NCBI GenBank assembly: GCA_964500795.1 | Contig: CAZCQI010000001.1 | Location: 1 to 49,981, forward strand | Source: an uncultured Eubacteriales bacterium | Lineage (GTDB): Bacteria; Bacillota; Clostridia; Oscillospirales; Acutalibacteraceae | Direction: 5' to 3' | DNA length: 49,981 nucleotides | Shown: one piece after another, positions 44,303 to 49,981 of the stretch | Position numbering within the stretch: position 1 is the first letter of the stretch | How the letters are laid out: each line of letters starts with the position of its first letter | Program-made: the position numbers and the translations under genes | Notes under the pieces: model-generated | What the model saw: the letters and a program-made list of their open reading frames with translations, nothing else | What the model was told of the DNA's origin: nothing | Databases searched by the model: none

Positions 44303-44326
44303 GTTTTAAAGATTGGATCTGTTGAA

Positions 44327-45046
44327 ATGAGAAGAATTTTAAGTCGCACAAGGGCGGCTGTTGACGATTATAAAATGATTGAGAACGGTGATAAAATTGC
44401 CGTGGGTATTTCAGGCGGCAAGGATTCCGTTATGCTTCTTAAGACACTTTGCGAGCTGAGAAGATTTTATCCTCAAAAATTCGAAATCGTTGCAATAACT
44501 CTTGATATGCGCTTCGGTAATACCGACGGTGATTTTTCGCCTATACAAAAAATTTGCGATGAATACGGCGTAGAGTATGTTATAAAACGCACTGACCTGT
44601 ATGAAATCATTTTTAATATACGAAAAGAAAGCTCACCTTGCAGTCTTTGTTCGCGTATGCGCCGCGGAATACTCCACGATACGGCAAAGGAGCTGGGCTG
44701 TAATAAAATAGCTCTCGGGCATCATCTTGACGATGCCGCTGAGACCTTTATGATGAATTTGCTTATTGAAAGCAGAGTAGGTTGCTTCGCCCCCGTAACC
44801 TATCTTTCGAGAAAAGATATAACGATGATCCGCCCCCTCGTTTATGTGCGCGAGCGCGAGGTGGAGCAGGCGGTACAAAGGCTTGATTTACCCATTGTTA
44901 AAAGCGGTTGCCCCGCAAACGAGCATACAAAGCGCGAGGATACAAAAACCTTACTCAAAAATCTTTCTGAGGAATACGGCGACGTTCCCGAAAAAATAGT
45001 GGGAGCCTTGCAACGAGCAGGGATTGACAAGTGGGGAAAGACCTAA
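44327..45046 (+). CDS. ttcA: TtcA-family tRNA 2-thiocytidine/thiolation PP-loop ATPase
   Basis: PP-loop GISGGKDS, Cys motif CSLCSRMRRG, LGHHLDD and a C-terminal Cys (SGCP). Confidence 0.85.
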   Translation: MRRILSRTRAAVDDYKMIENGDKIAVGISGGKDSVMLLKTLCELRRFYPQKFEIVAITLDMRFGNTDGDFSPIQKICDEYGVEYVIKRTDLYEIIFNIRKESSPCSLCSRMRRGILHDTAKELGCNKIALGHHLDDAAETFMMNLLIESRVGCFAPVTYLSRKDITMIRPLVYVREREVEQAVQRLDLPIVKSGCPANEHTKREDTKTLLKNLSEEYGDVPEKIVGALQRAGIDKWGKT

Positions 45047-45073
45047 TTGTTGTTTTATATTTTCAAGATATTA

Positions 45074-45268
45074 TCAAAAATTTTGGCTGATATATATTTC
45101 TTCTGCATCAATCTGAGCTTGTATAAGAATTGCATCAGCTGAGGCTTTATCTGTTTCATTTAAAGCATCTGTTACCGCATAATAATACATCTTTTTATAA
45201 AGCTCTTCTTCGCTTCGTTTGGGCTTGTTATCGCCGATTATGAGTTTTAAATCAGGATTTTCGCTCAT
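45074..45268 (-). CDS. Small acidic/hydrophilic protein of unknown function (64 aa)
   Basis: ATG preceded by AGGAGAAAG. Lies directly downstream of a structured leader and terminator. I recognised no family. Confidence 0.5.
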   Translation of the reverse strand: MSENPDLKLIIGDNKPKRSEEELYKKMYYYAVTDALNETDKASADAILIQAQIDAEEIYISQNF

Positions 45269-45287
45269 ATCTTCTTTCTCCTAAAAT

Positions 45288-45454
45288 AAAAAATGCGCAG
45301 CCGAAGCTACGCATGAAAAACACGCAACTCCATTTGCTGCGACACAAACTTATCGAATGACTAATAAATCACACGATTGGAGCCCGTGCTTTTACCAAAA
45401 CACAGGATGTGACTATTAGCCCTTTTTATACACTCGATATTAAGTTTGTGTCGC
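45288..45454 (-). ncRNA. Unclassified structured RNA: riboswitch-like leader of the 64-aa ORF, or a stand-alone sRNA
   Basis: Its own promoter is at 45461-45489. A 116-nt imperfect rod has a 14-bp closing stem (GCGACACAAACUUA / UAAGUUUGUGUCGC). A CUCCA apical loop segment is complementary to UGGAG in the 3' tail. A terminator AUGCGUAGC-UUCG-GCUGCGCAU-UUUUUU follows. I recognised no known riboswitch consensus. Confidence 0.45.
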
Positions 45455-45460
45455 AAAATC

Positions 45461-45489
45461 AGTTTACCATAATATGATAATAAAATCAA
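45461..45489 (-). promoter_or_regulatory. Sigma-A promoter driving the structured RNA
   Basis: Minus strand reads TTGATT-N17-TAAACT with a TGg extended -10, just downstream of the azlD terminator. Confidence 0.6.
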
Positions 45490-45512
45490 GAAAATTCATG
45501 CAGTAATAAAAT

Positions 45513-45554
45513 AAAAATGTGTATTCAGCGTTAGTTCACTGAATACACATTTTT
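45513..45554 (-). terminator. Intrinsic terminator of the azlCD transcript
   Basis: 12-bp arms atgtgtattcag / ctgaatacacat with a 10-nt loop and T-runs on both strands. Confidence 0.75.
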
Positions 45555-45871
45555 CATATAAACATCATAATCAGTTCCGTGGCGAGAACTCCCAGGCACG
45601 ATAGTGCCGCAACCTGAACAAGGCTTCTGCCAAAGAATGCGGCGATTATTGCCACTATGAAGCCTACGGCGGCGGTTATGGGACTGTCCGTTGCGTAGAA
45701 TATTGCGGGGACAGTCATAACGCTTAAAACCGTGTAGGGAATGTAATGAAGAAAAGAAAGTATGAATTTATTTTTGATTTTTTCCTTAATGGCAACTAAG
45801 GGAATCATCCTTACAAGATATGTAACACTCGCCATAACAAGAAGGTAAACTATGAATTTTTCGTTATCCAT
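45554..45871 (-). CDS. azlD: AzlD-family branched-chain amino acid transport protein
   Basis: 105-aa protein with 3-4 TM helices, overlapping the upstream AzlC-like gene by 8 nt. Typical azlCD pairing. Confidence 0.8.
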   Translation of the reverse strand: MDNEKFIVYLLVMASVTYLVRMIPLVAIKEKIKNKFILSFLHYIPYTVLSVMTVPAIFYATDSPITAAVGFIVAIIAAFFGRSLVQVAALSCLGVLATELIMMFI

Positions 45872-46622
45872 TGTTTTTTACCTCCTCGCTTTTTTCTGCT
45901 TGTACGCCCTCTTCTTCGGATTTTATGGGGGCAATAATTGCGAAAAGGGCGCTTGCCGCAACCGCGCATATAATAACAGTAAAGCCGGAGGGAACCGCGC
46001 TGAGAGAGGGAATATATCTGAATGCACAGCTTAAAGCGATTGCAAGAAGCACGCAGAGGGCTGTCATTTTTTCTTTTTTTGCAACGGGAACAACTATTGC
46101 AACAAACATACCGTATATTGCAACACCCAAAGAGGCAGTAACAATAGCCGGAAGAATATTTCCTGCCACTGCACCGCAAAGTGTACCGCCCGTCCACCCG
46201 AGAACGGGGAGAAGAATAAGTCCGTACATATATTTTTTGCCTACTTCACCGTCGTTTGAAACGGAAACTGCAAAAATCTCATCCGTGTTGCCGTAAGCAA
46301 TAAGAAGCCTGTCAATAATCTTTACCTTTTTTGAGAGCTTTTGACCGAGGGAAACGGACATAAGAGAATATCTTGAGTTGATAACAAGCTGAGATACGGC
46401 AAGCTCAATAAGTGTTCCGCCGCCTGCAATGATAGGCACTGCGGCAAGCTGACCCGCTGAGGTAAGGTTCAGAAGTGATATTGCCACCGCCTGCCATACC
46501 GTAAGTCCGTTTTCAACTGCGAATATTCCGAAAGCAAAGGAGACGGAAAAGTAGCCGATACAAATAGGCAAGCCGTCCTTTAAGCCTTTTTTAAAACTGT
46601 TTACTTCGTTCATTTTTGTCAC
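45864..46622 (-). CDS. azlC: AzlC-family branched-chain amino acid exporter permease
   Basis: About 252-aa polytopic protein. N-terminal FKKGLKDGLPICIGYFSVSFAFG is typical of AzlC. Confidence 0.85.
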   Translation of the reverse strand: MTKMNEVNSFKKGLKDGLPICIGYFSVSFAFGIFAVENGLTVWQAVAISLLNLTSAGQLAAVPIIAGGGTLIELAVSQLVINSRYSLMSVSLGQKLSKKVKIIDRLLIAYGNTDEIFAVSVSNDGEVGKKYMYGLILLPVLGWTGGTLCGAVAGNILPAIVTASLGVAIYGMFVAIVVPVAKKEKMTALCVLLAIALSCAFRYIPSLSAVPSGFTVIICAVAASALFAIIAPIKSEEEGVQAEKSEEVKNNG

Positions 46623-46625
46623 TTC

Positions 46626-48053
46626 TTATTTCACAAATTCCTTTAGTGCATCAATATAAATGCTGTTTCTTGTTGTAGATATATTTGCAATGAAGATAAT
46701 ATCATCGATATCTTTATTACCCGCAAATTCGCTCAGCGTTCCTTCGTAGTGGCGGGGGTCGATTACATAAATTGTTTTATAATGGGGGATAAGGAAGGGG
46801 ACGAGAGCGTTGCCGTAGCTTTCCTTGATTACAACGCAGGTTTCACCTTCTGCAATATCTTTGTTTTCGATGGTAGTTAAAGCATTATCACCGCCGATGA
46901 AGGTGAGATATTTAAGGTTTGAATCGTAATTTGTTACATCGCTTATAACATTCCATTTAAAGCTGCTGCCGTCGGATTTTGTAACGGTGCAATCGGTGTT
47001 GTTGTTGGGAAGATATGCAATAACCGTATCAGGTGTTCTGCCGAGAGCCTCGCTCTGTCCCGAGCTTGAATAGAAGGTTCCCAGGAATCCGTCATAGGCA
47101 ACCGTTGAATAGTCACTCAGCGGCACGGGTGTGATGCCCTTTGATATTGCAAACTGCTCATAGGCGTAGTATGCACCGAGAGCCGTCCAATGGTGGTCGG
47201 TACGGAAATAGGTGTATTCGTCCTTATGGGCTTTTTCCGCGTCGTAGATGCTTGATACTGCGGTAACATTGGTAAAAGATGAATTGAAGTAATCAAGAGC
47301 CTTTTTCTGGTCGGAGGAATTTATGCCCTTTCTGATAGAATCGGGAAGCTCAATATCTATACTTGTTGGGACAAGCAAAGTGTACACGTTTGATTTGTTA
47401 CCCGAGACAGCCTTCATATTGTTGACGGAGTTTATAAAATCAGGTGCCAGCTTACTTGAAAAGTTATAATATTCATAAGCACTGTTTCCTGCAACGAGAA
47501 TCGCACCCATTGATTGGGTTTTTATATCGGGCGCATCTTCGGTAGCTCCGGTTGTTTCCTCAGCGGTTTGCTCTTCGGTAGTCAGCGGAGCTGTGGTCTC
47601 GGGGGGAGTAGTGTCGCTTTCTTCGGTAACGGTCACCTCAAGGGGAACATCGGGTATTTCATCAGCGCTTTCAATATCACCGTGGATGGTAATTGAATCA
47701 AAGCCGTAAAGATTTTTTAATGATGTGTTCATCTTTGTGAGCTGCTCACGGAAGGGGAAGGTGTCGGAAAACCAAGTGCTTATGCCGTCAAAATAATCTC
47801 CCGATAAAATCGCATCAACAGAAAACTCCGGGAAGCTTGCAAGCTTTCTTTGCTCGGTGGCGGAGTATGAGGGGCGAAGCGGTATTACAAAGGAAAGTAC
47901 TGCCCCTGCAAACAGCACGATAAAAAACAATATGCTCCCGGCAAGCTGAGATTTATTTCTTTTTATATTCTGTTTTTCTTTTTTTCGGCTTCCTGAATTG
48001 CCGTGTGACGGGAATATTCGAAAGTTTATGTCCCGAGGTCTGTCATATATCAT
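46626..48053 (-). CDS. DHHW-family protein (AlgJ/AlgX-like SGNH-type O-acyltransferase partner)
   Basis: Signature FRTDHHWTALGAYY, an N-terminal TM anchor, and location directly downstream of an MBOAT gene. Confidence 0.8.
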   Translation of the reverse strand: MIYDRPRDINFRIFPSHGNSGSRKKEKQNIKRNKSQLAGSILFFIVLFAGAVLSFVIPLRPSYSATEQRKLASFPEFSVDAILSGDYFDGISTWFSDTFPFREQLTKMNTSLKNLYGFDSITIHGDIESADEIPDVPLEVTVTEESDTTPPETTAPLTTEEQTAEETTGATEDAPDIKTQSMGAILVAGNSAYEYYNFSSKLAPDFINSVNNMKAVSGNKSNVYTLLVPTSIDIELPDSIRKGINSSDQKKALDYFNSSFTNVTAVSSIYDAEKAHKDEYTYFRTDHHWTALGAYYAYEQFAISKGITPVPLSDYSTVAYDGFLGTFYSSSGQSEALGRTPDTVIAYLPNNNTDCTVTKSDGSSFKWNVISDVTNYDSNLKYLTFIGGDNALTTIENKDIAEGETCVVIKESYGNALVPFLIPHYKTIYVIDPRHYEGTLSEFAGNKDIDDIIFIANISTTRNSIYIDALKEFVK

Positions 48054-48064
48054 TTAATGTCACC

Positions 48065-49522
48065 TTAAAATTGGAAATAAAGAAAGGGGTTGTAGCTGTC
48101 GCCCACAAGGGTCAGGGTTGAAAGAACAAGCAAGATAATGGGGATAACAATGCTTGCGGCTTTGTATAAAAGCTTTGCCCTTTTTTGCGAACTGCCTTTA
48201 AGCGCACCCGAAATGTGTTTTACGATGGGAGTTACTGAGAAAAGCGCAACTATTATAAAAATAACATTACCTGCAAGAAGTGTTTGAGTTTCGAAATCAA
48301 TAAGAGCGTTGCCGTTGAGACCGAAAAGACCTTTTACAACAACGGGTATATATTGAAAATCCGAAAAGCGGAAAAGAATCCAACCGAAAAATACTACGAT
48401 AAGAAGATAAGCTCTGCTGAAAACAGAGGGGATTTTTTCAAGAAGCTTCAAAAGTCCTAATTTTTCTACTACAAGGAAGACGAAGAAAAACAAGCCCCAT
48501 AATACAAAATTCCAGGAAGCACCGTGCCAGAGACCTGTAAGAAGCCATACTATAAACAGGTTTCTGTAGGTTTTGAGTTTTCCCTTGCGGTTACCGCCTA
48601 AGGGGATGTATACATAATCTCTGAAAAATGAACTGAGCGAAATATGCCATTTGCGCCAGAATTCCGTAACGGATTTTGATGCATAAGGATAGTCGAAATT
48701 CTCTTTGAAATGAAAGCCAACCATTCTGCCCATACCTATTGCCATATCGGAATATGCCGAGAAATCAAGGTATATCTGAAGCATATAGAAGAGAATGCCG
48801 AACCAGAGTCCCACAGCGGATTGAGCAGAAAGCTCACTCAAAGCACCTGCAGGGTCTGAGCTCATAAGAGAATCGGAAACGAGAAGTTTATCTGAAAGAG
48901 AGCCGCAGGTGTTTGCAATAAGAGCTTTTTTTGCAAGACCTACCGTAAAACGGGTGATGCCGTAGGAGATATCTGAAACTGTTGCTTTTCTTTCAAGAAT
49001 TTCTCGCTGAACATCACTGTAACGTACAATGGGACCTGCTATACATTGGTAGAAAAGACTTGAATACAGAAGAAGCCAGGCGAAGTTTTTCTGTGCAGGA
49101 ACCTCGCCTCTGTATACATCAACAACATAAGACAAAAGCTGGAAGGTGTAAAAAGAAATTCCTATTGGCAATGCCACCTGAGGAATTACCTCGGGTACAC
49201 CGAAAAGAGCTTGAATATTTGTAAGTAAAAATCCCGTGTATTTAAAGTAGCCGATAAGACCGAGATTTATAATGCAGGCGAGAATAAGGATTGCTTTTTT
49301 CTTAGCTTTAGTGTTGCTCTTTTCAATAAGCTTTGCGGCGAGCCAATCACAAAAAGTCATAAAAACAAGAAGAATTATATAAACAGGTTCGCCCCAAGCG
49401 TAGAAAATTAGAGAAAAAATAAGCAGAACGATATTTTTACCCTTGATGCCTCGAGAAAGAGAATATGCTAAGAGGCAAAGGGGAAGAAAAGCATAGATAA
49501 ATAAAAGACTTGAGAAAACCAT
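48065..49522 (-). CDS. MBOAT-family membrane-bound O-acyltransferase (AlgI/DltB-like)
   Basis: Polytopic, with conserved EFWRKWHISLSSFFRDYVYIPLGG and the catalytic-His region GLWHGASWNF. Confidence 0.9.
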   Translation of the reverse strand: MVFSSLLFIYAFLPLCLLAYSLSRGIKGKNIVLLIFSLIFYAWGEPVYIILLVFMTFCDWLAAKLIEKSNTKAKKKAILILACIINLGLIGYFKYTGFLLTNIQALFGVPEVIPQVALPIGISFYTFQLLSYVVDVYRGEVPAQKNFAWLLLYSSLFYQCIAGPIVRYSDVQREILERKATVSDISYGITRFTVGLAKKALIANTCGSLSDKLLVSDSLMSSDPAGALSELSAQSAVGLWFGILFYMLQIYLDFSAYSDMAIGMGRMVGFHFKENFDYPYASKSVTEFWRKWHISLSSFFRDYVYIPLGGNRKGKLKTYRNLFIVWLLTGLWHGASWNFVLWGLFFFVFLVVEKLGLLKLLEKIPSVFSRAYLLIVVFFGWILFRFSDFQYIPVVVKGLFGLNGNALIDFETQTLLAGNVIFIIVALFSVTPIVKHISGALKGSSQKRAKLLYKAASIVIPIILLVLSTLTLVGDSYNPFLYFQF

Positions 49523-49704
49523 TTATGACCTCACCGAAAATTAGTTTGCAGTTCCTTACTGTAAATATATATTATATTTATATTAAAATTAACCAATATA
49601 ATATTATATAATTTGTGTCGTAAATTGCAAGGGCTTTGGGGAAAATTGATGAAATTGTCATTTCGTTATTCCATAATTTGTTTATTGCTTGTCAATCTTT
49701 ATAC

Positions 49705-49733
49705 TTGACTTAGCAATGAATATGTAATAAAAT
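49705..49733 (+). promoter_or_regulatory. Sigma-A-type promoter for the 3'-terminal partial gene, overlapped by an imperfect palindrome
   Basis: TTGACT-N17-TAAAAT. The palindrome ATTGCTTGTCAA-N9-TTGACTTAGCAAT (49684-49717) covers the -35. Confidence 0.45.
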
Positions 49734-49776
49734 AACTATTGGTAAAAAATTAACATCCGAAAGGAGTCAAAATTTA

Positions 49777-49981
49777 ATGAAGTATTCACATGAAGTTGAA
49801 ACAATGTGCCCTATTGCTCAGGGCGTTGCTCACGGTGCTGCTCCCATCCCCGAAGAGGCAAAATGGGTAAAGGCAAAAGAAGTTAAGGATATTTCCGGCT
49901 TTACTCACGGTATCGGTTGGTGTGCACCTCAGCAGGGTGCCTGCAAGCTCACTCTTAATGTTAAAGAGGGCGTTATTCAGG
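49777..49981 (+). CDS. Partial CDS (N-terminal 68 codons, runs off the window) for a Cys-containing protein of uncertain family
   Basis: AAAGGAG RBS 10 nt upstream of ATG 49777, with an open frame to the window end: MKYSHEVETMCPIAQGVAHGAAPIPEEAKWVKAKEVKDISGFTHGIGWCAPQQGACKLTLNVKEGVIQ. The C-x-x-x-x-x-C-KLTLNVKEGVI stretch is loosely reminiscent of NifU/IscU-type scaffolds, but that is not a confident call. Confidence 0.5.
   Translation, partial: MKYSHEVETMCPIAQGVAHGAAPIPEEAKWVKAKEVKDISGFTHGIGWCAPQQGACKLTLNVKEGVIQ

Overview
This 49,981-bp window looks like chromosomal DNA from a spore-forming Firmicute of the class Clostridia. That placement is an inference from a yaaL-bofA pair, gene content and AT-rich intergenic regions with sigma-A-type promoters. 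Most of the window is ordinary housekeeping: an OmpR/HK two-component system next to an HtrA protease, galM, an FHA-SEDS/PBP pair, a MacB-type ABC transporter, nfo, an Lrp/aminotransferase pair, trxA, tmk, mltG, hemW, rlmI, glgP, ttcA, azlCD, an MBOAT/DHHW pair and three tRNAs. I saw no transposase, integrase, CRISPR array or rRNA. The most interesting stretch is about 29.4-37.9 kb, which by eye is more AT-rich and ends at a tRNA-Gln gene. It starts with an Ig-like membrane protein, two tandem fused Wzz/BY-tyrosine-kinase paralogs (no glycosyltransferase, flippase or phosphatase nearby) and an ABC exporter. These are followed by a four-gene operon with its own near-consensus promoter and terminator. 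That operon encodes a PqqD-like protein, a short radical SAM/SPASM enzyme, an 88-aa Tyr/Phe-rich candidate precursor and an HPr-kinase-like P-loop protein. I read this as a candidate uncharacterised RiPP pathway (radical-SAM crosslinking plus possible phosphorylation). Secondary items are a ~165-nt structured leader or ncRNA with its own promoter and terminator at 45.29-45.45 kb, a minimal ferredoxin-thioredoxin-reductase-like protein coupled to trxA, an FtsX permease with a ~350-aa coiled-coil insert, and an apparently truncated MocR regulator next to a tRNA-Ser pair. All calls come from reading the sequence and ORF translations by eye. No searches were run, and family names are from memory of motifs.
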